Assembly: GCA_029240055.1 (NCBI GenBank)
Contig: JARBTT010000001.1
Coordinates: 1 to 60,071 of the forward strand
Source: Massilibacillus sp.
GTDB lineage: Bacteria > Bacillota > Negativicutes > JARBTT01
DNA: 60,071 nucleotides
Reading direction: 5' to 3'
Notes under the pieces: model-generated
Told to the model about the DNA's origin: nothing
Seen by the model: the letters and a program-made list of their open reading frames with translations, nothing else
Database searches by the model: none
Shown: piece by piece, positions 44,308 to 52,948 of the stretch
Layout of the letters: the number at the start of each line of letters is the position of its first letter
Numbering within the stretch: position 1 is the first letter of the stretch
Position numbers and translations under genes: made by a program

Positions 44308-45534
44308 GTGAACGAAAGATTGGAAAAGTACGCAAAGTTAATTGTGAAAACAGGGGTTAATATTCAAAAAAATCAAATTCTTGTAATCAATTCACCAATT
44401 GAATGCGCTGATTTTGCCCGTCGGGTGGCGGAGGCTGCTTATGATGCAGGGGCAAAAGATGTCGTTGTGAATTGGAATGATGAAATATTAAATAAAATTC
44501 GTTTTAACAAAGCAGCAGAAGAAGTTTTTGATGAATTTCCAGAGTGGCGTAAAGAATTTTATCTAGGTTATGCAAGACAAGATGCAGCGTTTGTTTCGAT
44601 TGCAGCATCTGATCCAGAAATTTTAAAGGATGTAAATCCTGATCGTATTGCGCGCGCGCAAAAAGTCAGTGGCAATGCTTTAAAAGAATATCGTGAACGG
44701 ATGATGAGCAATAAAAATACTTGGTGCGTAGTGTCGATTCCGACCAAGGCTTGGGCGCAAAAAATATTCCCGAACGATAGTGTAGAAGTTGCAGTGGATA
44801 AGCTTTGGCAGGCTATCTTACAAACAGTTCGCGTTGGTGAAGGTGACCCAGTGGAAGCCTGGGCAAAACATCAAGCGGCATTGAAGAAAAGTAAAGATAA
44901 AATGAATGCATATAATTTTAAATACTTAAAGTATAAAAATAGCATTGGTACAGATTTAACAGTAGAATTGCCAGAAGGTCATATTTGGTTGAGTGGCGCA
45001 GAATATACACCAGAAGGCAGAGAATTCATTGCCAATATGCCGACTGAAGAAGTTTTTAGTATGCCAAAACGTAATGGTGTTAACGGCACCGTTGTGAGTT
45101 CAAAACCTCTCAATTATCATGGCAACCTGATTGAGAACTTTAAGCTTACGTTTAAAGATGGTAAAGTTGTTGAATATTCCGCAGAAAAAGGGCAGGCGAT
45201 TTTACAAAAACTTTTGGAAGCGGATGATAGCTCAAGCTATTTAGGTGAGGTTGCACTTGTACCATATGATTCGCCAATTTCTAATTTAGATATCTTGTTT
45301 TATAATACACTATTTGATGAAAATGCGTCTTGCCATTTGGCGTTTGGCAAAGCGTATCCAGTTTGTATCAAAGACGGCGATACGATGTCACCAGCTGAAT
45401 TAGAAAAAGCTGGCGTAAATGATTCACTAATTCATGAAGATTTTATGATTGGGACAGAGGACCTTGAGATCATTGGTGTGACGCATGAGGGGAAAGAAGT
45501 TGCTGTTTTTAAAAATGGGAATTTTGCTGAGTGA
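44308..45534 (+). CDS. M29-family aminopeptidase (AmpS/PepS-like)
   Basis: 408 aa. N-terminus LEKYAKLIVKTGVNIQKNQ.L.I, C-terminal HLAFGKAYP and HEDFMIG motifs. GTG start after AGGAGG. Confidence 0.85.
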   Translation: MNERLEKYAKLIVKTGVNIQKNQILVINSPIECADFARRVAEAAYDAGAKDVVVNWNDEILNKIRFNKAAEEVFDEFPEWRKEFYLGYARQDAAFVSIAASDPEILKDVNPDRIARAQKVSGNALKEYRERMMSNKNTWCVVSIPTKAWAQKIFPNDSVEVAVDKLWQAILQTVRVGEGDPVEAWAKHQAALKKSKDKMNAYNFKYLKYKNSIGTDLTVELPEGHIWLSGAEYTPEGREFIANMPTEEVFSMPKRNGVNGTVVSSKPLNYHGNLIENFKLTFKDGKVVEYSAEKGQAILQKLLEADDSSSYLGEVALVPYDSPISNLDILFYNTLFDENASCHLAFGKAYPVCIKDGDTMSPAELEKAGVNDSLIHEDFMIGTEDLEIIGVTHEGKEVAVFKNGNFAE

Positions 45535-45569
45535 GTAGGATGGACATAAAAAAATAGTTGCTTGAAGTG

Positions 45570-45618
45570 CACCTTGAATGTTATTAGATGAAAAAACTAA
45601 CATTCAAGGTGTATTTCT
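45570..45618 (+). terminator. Intrinsic terminator after the aminopeptidase gene
   Basis: CACCTTGAATGTT...AACATTCAAGGTG (13 bp) followed by a weak T-run. Confidence 0.55.
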
Positions 45619-45660
45619 CATGTGAAATCTGCAAAAATTCTAATTAATTTAAGGAAGATA

Positions 45661-45689
45661 TTGAAAAATTTGTACCTAACGGATATAAT
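45661..45689 (+). promoter_or_regulatory. Promoter TTGAAA-17-TATAAT for azlCD
   Basis: Hexamers at 45661-45666 and 45684-45689 with a 17-nt spacer. Confidence 0.65.
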
Positions 45690-45764
45690 GAACAGACAGT
45701 ATACATAGTGCATTGAATAAGTTAGGAAAAATCTTTATTTAGCTTAATAATAGAAGGTGTTAAT

Positions 45765-46451
45765 ATTTTACGCAATTTATATAGTAAAGAAGTTTTAAAA
45801 GCAGTTTTACCGATTTGCATTGGCTATATTCCACTTGGTTTTGCTTGTGGGGTGCTGGCGCAAAAGGTCGGGGTAAGTGTATGGGAGACGGGAATGATGT
45901 CGGTGCTTGTTTTTGCTGGCAGTGGGCAATTTATTGCGCTTTCCATGATTGGCGGCGGAGCGTCTATTTCTTCGATAGTGTTAACGACATTCATTGTAAA
46001 TTTACGGCATACTTTATATAGTTCGACATTGACAGCCTATTTAATGGGGCAGTCGAAAAAGTACTTTGGCTTTTTTTCACAGGGAATCGTGGATGAAACC
46101 TTTGCGGTGAATTTAAGTGAATTTAGTACTGGTGAGTGGGATGCAAACCGTGCCTTGGCACTAAATATTTTAGCGCATGGTTGTTGGGTGTTGAGTACGA
46201 TGATGGGCAATGTGGCAGGTAATGTGCTGCCGGTGGATATCGCGGTAGTAGGTTATACATTGACGGCTATGTTTATCGGGCTTTGGACTTTTCATTTTGA
46301 CAACTATTTAAAAATAATCATTGGCGTGGTAGCAGGGGTGTTGGCACTTTTTTTATCGGGATTTTTAACGCATAAATTACATATTGTGGTAGCAACCGTC
46401 ATTGCAGCTACGCTTGGCTGCATGATTGAAGGGGGCAAAAAAGATGACTAG
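45765..46451 (+). CDS. azlC: Branched-chain amino acid exporter subunit AzlC (probable non-canonical ATT start)
   Basis: The ORF-track start (GTG 45852) removes the conserved N-terminal helix. The frame stays open back to 45726 and encodes LRNLYSKEVLKAVLPICIGYIPLGFACGVLAQK. The only start-like codon behind an SD (GAAGGTG, 45753-45759) is ATT at 45765. Confidence 0.65.
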   Translation: MLRNLYSKEVLKAVLPICIGYIPLGFACGVLAQKVGVSVWETGMMSVLVFAGSGQFIALSMIGGGASISSIVLTTFIVNLRHTLYSSTLTAYLMGQSKKYFGFFSQGIVDETFAVNLSEFSTGEWDANRALALNILAHGCWVLSTMMGNVAGNVLPVDIAVVGYTLTAMFIGLWTFHFDNYLKIIIGVVAGVLALFLSGFLTHKLHIVVATVIAATLGCMIEGGKKDD

Positions 46452-46767
46452 TGTGGAAGTTATGTACTGTATTTTAGGAATGTTTGTTGTTTCTTATATT
46501 CCTAGGGTAGTTCCGCCTTTTTTGCTTGCCAAGAGGGCGTTATCACCGATGGTAGAACGGTGGTTAAAGTACGTGCCAACATCAGTGTTTGGTGCATTGG
46601 TATTTTCGGAAATTTTTATTGATGGAAATAAGCTCAATTTAAGTTTAGGGAATATTAATTTAATAGCCTCTTTGATCGTTTTGGCAGTTTCGCTAAAAAC
46701 GAAGTCTTTGGGGAAAAGTATCGTGACTGGTATGGTTGTATTTTGGTTATTAAAAAATGTAGTATAA
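46444..46767 (+). CDS. azlD: Branched-chain amino acid exporter subunit AzlD
   Basis: ~107 aa, 3-4 TM. ATG 46444 overlaps the azlC stop region. Motif YIPRVVPPF. Confidence 0.8.
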   Translation: MTSVEVMYCILGMFVVSYIPRVVPPFLLAKRALSPMVERWLKYVPTSVFGALVFSEIFIDGNKLNLSLGNINLIASLIVLAVSLKTKSLGKSIVTGMVVFWLLKNVV

Positions 46768-46768
46768 C

Positions 46769-46805
46769 AAAGAATAGACTTATGCATAGCATGAGTCTAT
46801 TCTTT
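46769..46805 (+). terminator. Intrinsic terminator after azlD
   Basis: AAAGAATAGACTTAT...ATGAGTCTATTCTTT. Confidence 0.55.
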
Positions 46806-46851
46806 GAATTTATAAAGGAATATCAAATATTTGTGAGGTAAAATAATAAGT

Positions 46852-49041
46852 ATGAGTAAAATAGTAGTTTTAGCAGAAAAACCTTCCGTTGGTCGTGATT
46901 TAGCACGTGTGCTTGGAGCAAAACAAAATGGCAATGGGTATCTAGAAGGTAGTAAATACATCGTGACTTGGGCACTTGGTCATTTGGTGACTTTAGCAGA
47001 TCCAGAAGCATATGGTGCCAGTAATAAATCTTGGCGGATCGAAGAATTACCGATTATGCCAAAAGCGTTAGAGCTTGTGGTCATCAAGCAAACGAGTCGT
47101 CAGTTTAATGTTGTAAGGGATCAGCTGCGTCGCAAAGATGTAAGTGAAGTCATTATTGCGACTGATGCTGGACGCGAAGGAGAATTGGTAGCACGGTGGA
47201 TCATTGAAAAAGCAATGGTGAATAAGCCAATCAAACGCTTATGGATTTCTTCGGTTACTGATAAAGCAATCAAAGAAGGCTTTGCTAAATTAAGAGCGGG
47301 CAAAGACTATGACAATCTGTATCAAGCGGCAGTAGCACGTGCAGAAGCGGATTGGTATGTTGGTATCAATGCAACGCGGGCACTTACTTGCAAATTTAAT
47401 GCCCAATTATCTTGTGGTCGTGTGCAGACGCCAACACTAGCAATTATTGCGAAACGTGAAGATGAGATTAGAAACTTCGTGCCAAAAGCATATTATGGAT
47501 TGACGGCAAAGCTTAATCAGCTTACCGTAACATGGCAGGATAAAAAAAGTGGGGACATGCGTTCTTTTGATAAAGAATATATCGATAGTGTAGCCAAGAA
47601 AATTACTGGTGCTGTTGGTGAAGTCGTAACCCTAGAGAAGGCGGCAAAGAAATCCTATGCACCGCAACTTTATAATTTAACTGAATTGCAACGCGATGCA
47701 AATAAGATTTTTGCTTTTTCAGCCAAAGAAACACTGGGGCTGATGCAAAAACTTTATGAAACGCATAAAATACTTACGTATCCAAGAACGGATTCAAAAT
47801 ATATTTCAGCTGATATCGTGCCAACTCTAAAGGATCGTCTCAGTGCCTGTAGTGTTGGACCCTATTCTAAATTAGCATTTCAAGCGAGCAAACAAATACA
47901 AGCGAGTAAACATTTTGTTGATGATAGTAAAGTATCGGATCATCATGCGATTATACCAACGGAACAGTTTGTAAATTTGAGTGCGCTTACGGATCGTGAA
48001 CGTAAAATTTATGATTTGGTCGTAAAACGTTTTATTGCCGTGTTATATCCACCGTTTGAATATGAACAAACCACAGTAAAAGTGGATCTGAATGGTGAAG
48101 TCTTTATTGCCAAGGGGAAAAATATCAAAAATATTGGCTGGAAAGAGGTTTATCAGGGCGTATTTGAAGAAGAAAATGCAAATGATAGTCTTGCAGAACA
48201 AACCTTGCCAGACCTTAAAAAAGGTGATAAGTTAAAAGTAATGAAACTCAATGTTTCGCAAGGAATGACCAAACCACCAGCACCATTTAATGAAGGAACG
48301 CTATTGGGAGCGATGGAAAATCCGGTGAAATATATGAGTGATGATAGTAAAGCTTTAAAACAAACGATTGGTGAAACTGGAGGACTTGGTACTGTTGCAA
48401 CGAGGGCGGATATTATTGAAAAATTATTTGCGAGTTTCTTAATTGAGAAAAAAGGTAAAGATATCTTTGTAACCGCTAAGGGAAGACAATTATTAGAATT
48501 GGTACCGCATGATTTAAAAGAACCAGCGCTCACGGCAAAATGGGAACAAAATTTAAGTAGCATCGCTAGTGGGAAGCTTGGAAAAAATACGTTTATCAAT
48601 GATATTAAGAATTATGCCCAAACAGTTGTGCATAATATCAAAAATAGTCAGGAACGATTCCGTCACGATAATGTAACGAGAACAAAATGTCCGGAATGTG
48701 GTAAGTTTTTATTAGAAGTGAACGGTAAAAAAGGCAAAATGCTCGTATGCCAAGATCGAAGCTGTGGGTATCGCAAAGGTTTATCAACGGTAACGAATGC
48801 ACGTTGTCCAAACTGCCATAAAAAATTAGAAATGCGTGGCGAAGGTGAAGGAAAGTTATTTTTCTGCGCTTGCGGCTATCGGGAAAAATTGACTACGTTT
48901 CAGAAACGTAAGAGTAAGGAAAATAATACGAAAGTTTCTAAAAGTGAAGTAGCGCAGTATATGAAAACGCAGCAAAAAACGAGTCAAGAACCAGTCAATA
49001 CGGCTTTGGCGGAGGCTTTAGCAAAATTGAATTTAAAATAA
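46852..49041 (+). CDS. topB: DNA topoisomerase III with C-terminal zinc-ribbon domains
   Basis: Toprim N-terminus (VVLAEKPSVGRD, ATDAGREGE), catalytic Tyr segment ILTYPRTDS, C-terminal CPECG...C and CPNCH...C motifs. Confidence 0.9.
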   Translation: MSKIVVLAEKPSVGRDLARVLGAKQNGNGYLEGSKYIVTWALGHLVTLADPEAYGASNKSWRIEELPIMPKALELVVIKQTSRQFNVVRDQLRRKDVSEVIIATDAGREGELVARWIIEKAMVNKPIKRLWISSVTDKAIKEGFAKLRAGKDYDNLYQAAVARAEADWYVGINATRALTCKFNAQLSCGRVQTPTLAIIAKREDEIRNFVPKAYYGLTAKLNQLTVTWQDKKSGDMRSFDKEYIDSVAKKITGAVGEVVTLEKAAKKSYAPQLYNLTELQRDANKIFAFSAKETLGLMQKLYETHKILTYPRTDSKYISADIVPTLKDRLSACSVGPYSKLAFQASKQIQASKHFVDDSKVSDHHAIIPTEQFVNLSALTDRERKIYDLVVKRFIAVLYPPFEYEQTTVKVDLNGEVFIAKGKNIKNIGWKEVYQGVFEEENANDSLAEQTLPDLKKGDKLKVMKLNVSQGMTKPPAPFNEGTLLGAMENPVKYMSDDSKALKQTIGETGGLGTVATRADIIEKLFASFLIEKKGKDIFVTAKGRQLLELVPHDLKEPALTAKWEQNLSSIASGKLGKNTFINDIKNYAQTVVHNIKNSQERFRHDNVTRTKCPECGKFLLEVNGKKGKMLVCQDRSCGYRKGLSTVTNARCPNCHKKLEMRGEGEGKLFFCACGYREKLTTFQKRKSKENNTKVSKSEVAQYMKTQQKTSQEPVNTALAEALAKLNLK

Positions 49042-49054
49042 GGGAGGCGATTGC

Positions 49055-49528
49055 GTGCTAAGAAAGATCATTTTATGTACGATGCTTGCATTTGCTTTTG
49101 CGGCAACGGTTTTTGCGGCAAGTCCAGAAGATTTTACGTATAAAGGGATAAAATTAGGTGATGATTACGAAACCATGGTAGCAAAGATTGGGCAGCCACG
49201 GGTAAATTTCGATTATATCGTCAAAGATAATATTGTGACGTATTATTTTTACAAAGGTAATGATATGAGAATTGGGATTGATCGTTTCACCAATAAAATC
49301 GTAGATTTTCGTGTCAGTGATAAAGAGTATGTAACGGATAAAGGTGTAAGAATCGGGGCGACTTCTCATAAGATCTTAAAAGAGTATGGTCTAACCAACA
49401 AGGAAAAAATCAATGGACATATTTATTACATTTACAAAAACCCGCAAGATGAAAAACAACAATTATTATTGGATGTCAGCCAAGGCGATTTAGAAGAATT
49501 TAGAATAACAACTCTAGCTGAGGAATGA
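49055..49528 (+). CDS. Secreted/periplasmic hypothetical protein
   Basis: 157 aa. Signal peptide MLRKIILCTMLAFAFAATVFA. GTG start 8 nt after GGGAGG. No family recognised. Confidence 0.55.
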   Translation: MLRKIILCTMLAFAFAATVFAASPEDFTYKGIKLGDDYETMVAKIGQPRVNFDYIVKDNIVTYYFYKGNDMRIGIDRFTNKIVDFRVSDKEYVTDKGVRIGATSHKILKEYGLTNKEKINGHIYYIYKNPQDEKQQLLLDVSQGDLEEFRITTLAEE

Positions 49529-49550
49529 GCAGAATTTTGAGGTGTTTACG

Positions 49551-50453
49551 ATGAAGAGTAAAATATTTCGCTATAGCTTAATTTTAATCGGCTGTTTAAT
49601 TAGTAGTGCTTCAATTAATCTATTTTTAGTGCCACATCAATTATTAAGCGGTGGCGTAAGTGGGATTGCCATCATATTCTACTATTTATTTGCCTTACCA
49701 ATTGGGGTGCAAATGCTTATCATGAATATTCCGCTTTTGATTGCTGCTTATAAAACATTGGGAAAAATCTACGCGGTGGATGTTGTTTTTGGTACGGTAT
49801 TGTTTTCTATTTGTATTGATGCCATGAGATTTTTATCTAATTATAATGTCATTGATGATCCTATGCTTGCGGCAATTTATGGAGGCGTCTTTAATGGGAT
49901 TGGTTATGGGATCATCTTTAGGGCCAATGGTAGTTCCGGTGGTCTCGATATTGTGGCGGCAATTGTAAAGAAATATTATTCACTAAATATGGGGAGTGTT
50001 ATTTTTGCTTTCAATTGCTTGATTATGGCGTTGGCAGCGATGTTATTTGGTGTGAAGCTAGCCATGTTTACTTTGATTTCGATGTATGTTAGTTCGGATC
50101 TTACTGATAAAGTAGCGGCTGGTTTTAATAATAAGAAAACGGTTATTATTATTTCTAATCAAGCAGCAGCAATTGCCGATGGAATCATCAGTGAAATCGG
50201 GCGGGGTGTTACATTTTTAAAGGGCGAAGGTGCATTTACGCGTGAGCGTAAGGATATTATCTTTGTTGTTGCCAACCTCACTCAATTTGGTAAAATAAAA
50301 CTTATCGCCAATGCGATTGATCCAATGGCATTTATGATTGTGCAAGATGCAAATGAGGTCATGGGACGTGGCTTTACTTTGCCGGGAACAAGAATTGCAG
50401 AAATTGCAGAAAGTGTAAAGCAAAGAAATTTAGATGAAAAAACTACTGAGTAA
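49551..50453 (+). CDS. YitT-family membrane protein (N-terminal TM domain plus C-terminal DUF2179)
   Basis: Motifs LLSGGVSGIAII, GSSGGLDI, and C-terminal GRGVTFL.GEGAFT...I. Start at ATG 49551 behind GAGG. Confidence 0.85.
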   Translation: MKSKIFRYSLILIGCLISSASINLFLVPHQLLSGGVSGIAIIFYYLFALPIGVQMLIMNIPLLIAAYKTLGKIYAVDVVFGTVLFSICIDAMRFLSNYNVIDDPMLAAIYGGVFNGIGYGIIFRANGSSGGLDIVAAIVKKYYSLNMGSVIFAFNCLIMALAAMLFGVKLAMFTLISMYVSSDLTDKVAAGFNNKKTVIIISNQAAAIADGIISEIGRGVTFLKGEGAFTRERKDIIFVVANLTQFGKIKLIANAIDPMAFMIVQDANEVMGRGFTLPGTRIAEIAESVKQRNLDEKTTE

Positions 50454-50463
50454 TCAGTAGTTT

Positions 50464-50706
50464 CAGCCTGTAGAAAAAGCATGGACAGACAGGCTGCCGG
50501 TCGGCGATAAGCACTCATCTGCGCCCTCCGACAAGGTACTGCTCGTCGACGTACGAAAGTACGACTCCTTCGCAACTCCTTACTGTGCCTAGCATCTGAG
50601 CACTTCTCACCAACCGGCAGCCTATCTTCGTGCTAGTTTATAAGTGGAACGGATTTAGATATTTTCTAAATCATCGACATAAATATTTTATTTTGTCGAC
50701 AGTTTG
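50464..50706 (+). repeat. Element B: full-length (~243 bp) copy of the terminator-associated structured repeat, bracketed by a 24-bp direct repeat
   Basis: Direct repeats AAACTACTGAGTAATCAGTAGTTT at 50440-50463 and 50707-50730. Internal perfect inverted repeat AGGCTGCCGGT (50491-50501) / ACCGGCAGCCT (50613-50623). GTAC-GAAA-GTAC hairpin at 50551-50562. GC-rich core and AT-rich tail. Confidence 0.7.
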
Positions 50707-50736
50707 AAACTACTGAGTAATCAGTAGTTTTTTGTC
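50707..50736 (+). terminator. Functional-looking copy of the yitT-family gene terminator (right direct repeat plus T-run)
   Basis: AAACTACTG-agtaa-TCAGTAGTTT followed by TTTT. The left copy (50440-50463) lacks the T-run. Confidence 0.7.
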
Positions 50737-50821
50737 TATAATACTACTTTGCTTTTGCTGGGTTATTTGATAATATATTATAATGAGTTGATGATCAAGT
50801 ATATTTGATAGGTGGATCGTA

Positions 50822-52549
50822 ATGAAAAATATAAACAAGTTAATTGGAGTGGCCAAAGGGGCTGTTCAAGCCGATTTGGTGCTGAAAAATGCGCAGGTTT
50901 TTAATGTGTTTACTGGTGAATTTATCAAAGGTGACGTAGCGATCGTAGATGGTTATATTGCTGGTATTGGCGAATATACAGGGGGAAATGAAATTGATTT
51001 AACAGGTAAATACCTTACGCCTGGTTTTATTGATGGACATGTACATATTGAAAGTTCGATGCTCAGTCCCATTGAGTTTGCTCGGGCGGTTTTACCGACA
51101 GGAACGACAACGATTATTGCTGACCCACATGAAATTGCCAATGTTGCAGGTCTGGATGGGATTGACTATATATTAGATGCAACGGAAGATTTGCCGTTAT
51201 CGGTTTACGTTATGCTGCCATCTTGTGTACCAGCTAGCAATTTGGAAAATTCTGGCGCCGAGCTCTTTGCGGCTGATCTAGAAAAGTTTATCAATCATCC
51301 GCGGGTATTGGGCTTGGGTGAAATGATGAATTATCCAGGTGTTATTTATCGCGATAGCAAGGTCATTGAAAAGTTAATCTTAGCAAAAAATAAAAAAATT
51401 GATGGACATGCACCAGGGGTAAGCGGCAATGATTTAATGGCCTATGCTGCGGCTGGCATAAAATCTGATCATGAATGTGTAACGCCAGAAGAGGCTTTAG
51501 ACCGATTACGTGCTGGTATGCATGTGATGATTCGCGAAGGTTCAGCGGCAAAAAATTTATTGAATTTATTACCGGCGATTAATAAATATACTTCGCAATT
51601 TTGTTTGTTTGCTGCTGATGATCGTCATCCCGCCGATTTGATTGCCGAAGGTCATATCAATAACATGGTTCGCTTGGCGGTCGAAGCAGGGGTAGACTTA
51701 CCGACGGTTTTACAGATGTCAACGATCAATGCGGCAAGCTATTTTAACCTTGATGAAATTGGGGCGATTGCACCAAACTATAAGGCCGATATTCTGGTGT
51801 TTGATGATTTAAAAAGCTGGCAGCCAACGCTCGTTTTGAAAAATGGTGTTGTCGTAGCCAGAGACAATACAACCTTATTTGAGGGCAAAGATATCGCCAG
51901 TAAAAAAATCAAAGAAACGATGCATTTAGCAGAAATTGACCAAACGAAATTACGTATTCCTGCTCCAACGAAGCGAGCTCGGGTCATTGGCTTGGTGCCA
52001 CATCAAATCGTAACCAAAGCCTTAGAAATGGAAGTTGATCGGGAAGATGGTTTTTTTATTACAAATGTGAAACAAGATATTTTAAAATTAGTAGTATTTG
52101 AACGCCATAATTGTCTGGGAAATATAGGCGTGGGCTTAGTTCATGGTTTTGGTCTAAACCGTGGGGCGATTGCTTCAACCGTTGCCCATGATTCCCATAA
52201 TTTAATCGTGATTGGTACGAATGATGCAGATATTTTAGTTGCAGCCAAGGAGTTAGAAAGAATTCAGGGTGGTATTGCTGTTGCGTTTGATGGTAAAGTC
52301 TTGGACTCATTGGCATTACCAATCGGTGGTTTAATGTCAGATCAAGATGTGCATACTGTTGCAAAGCAAGTTGAAAAATTAAAAGAATTGGCATATTCCT
52401 TAGGCATTCGTGATTGCTATGATCCATTTTTAACGCTAGCTTTTTTAAGTTTGCCAGTCATTCCTGAATTAAAATTGACCGATTTAGGCTTGGTAGATGG
52501 TAATGCCTTCAAATTAGTGCCAGTCGCAATCGAATCAACGGAGAAGTGA
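50822..52549 (+). CDS. ade: Adenine deaminase
   Basis: 575 aa amidohydrolase. GFIDGHVHIESS and ADPHEIANV motifs; domain order typical of Ade. Confidence 0.9.
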   Translation: MKNINKLIGVAKGAVQADLVLKNAQVFNVFTGEFIKGDVAIVDGYIAGIGEYTGGNEIDLTGKYLTPGFIDGHVHIESSMLSPIEFARAVLPTGTTTIIADPHEIANVAGLDGIDYILDATEDLPLSVYVMLPSCVPASNLENSGAELFAADLEKFINHPRVLGLGEMMNYPGVIYRDSKVIEKLILAKNKKIDGHAPGVSGNDLMAYAAAGIKSDHECVTPEEALDRLRAGMHVMIREGSAAKNLLNLLPAINKYTSQFCLFAADDRHPADLIAEGHINNMVRLAVEAGVDLPTVLQMSTINAASYFNLDEIGAIAPNYKADILVFDDLKSWQPTLVLKNGVVVARDNTTLFEGKDIASKKIKETMHLAEIDQTKLRIPAPTKRARVIGLVPHQIVTKALEMEVDREDGFFITNVKQDILKLVVFERHNCLGNIGVGLVHGFGLNRGAIASTVAHDSHNLIVIGTNDADILVAAKELERIQGGIAVAFDGKVLDSLALPIGGLMSDQDVHTVAKQVEKLKELAYSLGIRDCYDPFLTLAFLSLPVIPELKLTDLGLVDGNAFKLVPVAIESTEK

Positions 52550-52559
52550 GGTTTTTCAT

Positions 52560-52817
52560 ATGAATAAAATTAATATGGGGAAATTTAATGATGTCGTATT
52601 TGCCGCTCTCTTTATTTGGCATTTAAGTACGAGGCAGTGGCCTACTGGCGGGACAATGCAAACCGTTCTTGATGTTATGTTAGGATTTTGTGTGATTTTG
52701 ATTGGTTTTAAATATTATACCGCCTATAAAAAAGGTGATGACCAAGAACTGAGTACGGTAAAGGAAAATAAAACGAGCAAAATAATTTTATCCAGTAAGA
52801 AGAGAAGAAGAAAATAA
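52560..52817 (+). CDS. Small membrane protein, hypothetical
   Basis: 85 aa, two hydrophobic helices, basic C-terminus. GAGG lies 8 nt upstream. Confidence 0.45.
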   Translation: MNKINMGKFNDVVFAALFIWHLSTRQWPTGGTMQTVLDVMLGFCVILIGFKYYTAYKKGDDQELSTVKENKTSKIILSSKKRRRK

Positions 52818-52877
52818 GCGCAATCTGCTAGACCACCACATAGAATGAGATATGAAATGAGCGCGTAATCTTGGCGT

Positions 52878-52918
52878 AAAAGGGATGTTACAAAATTAAA
52901 TTGTAATGTCCCTTTTGT
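52878..52918 (+). terminator. Intrinsic terminator
   Basis: AAAAGGGATGTTACA...TGTAATGTCCCTTTT. Confidence 0.55.
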
Positions 52919-52948
52919 TATCATGATAAATAGTGTGGGGGTGGTGGA

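Noticed and set aside
50481-50510. Mini-ORF ATGGACAGACAGGC... (MDRQAAGRR in B, MDRQAAG in A) conserved between elements A and B
   Set aside because: No Shine-Dalgarno, only 7-9 codons, and the conservation is explained by the nucleotide repeat itself. There is no hydrophobic peptide of the kind expected for a type I toxin.
50282-50575. 97-aa minus-strand ORF crossing element B into the yitT-family gene
   Set aside because: It is Arg-rich and runs antisense through a real gene. It arises from the GC-rich core of the repeat, and the equivalent frame is not preserved in element A.
50541-50575. GTAC-GAAA-GTAC hairpin considered as a group II intron domain V remnant
   Set aside because: The flanking sequence cannot form the 14-bp D5 helix with an AGC triad and 2-nt bulge. 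No intron 5' GUGYG, no D6 and no reverse transcriptase are present.
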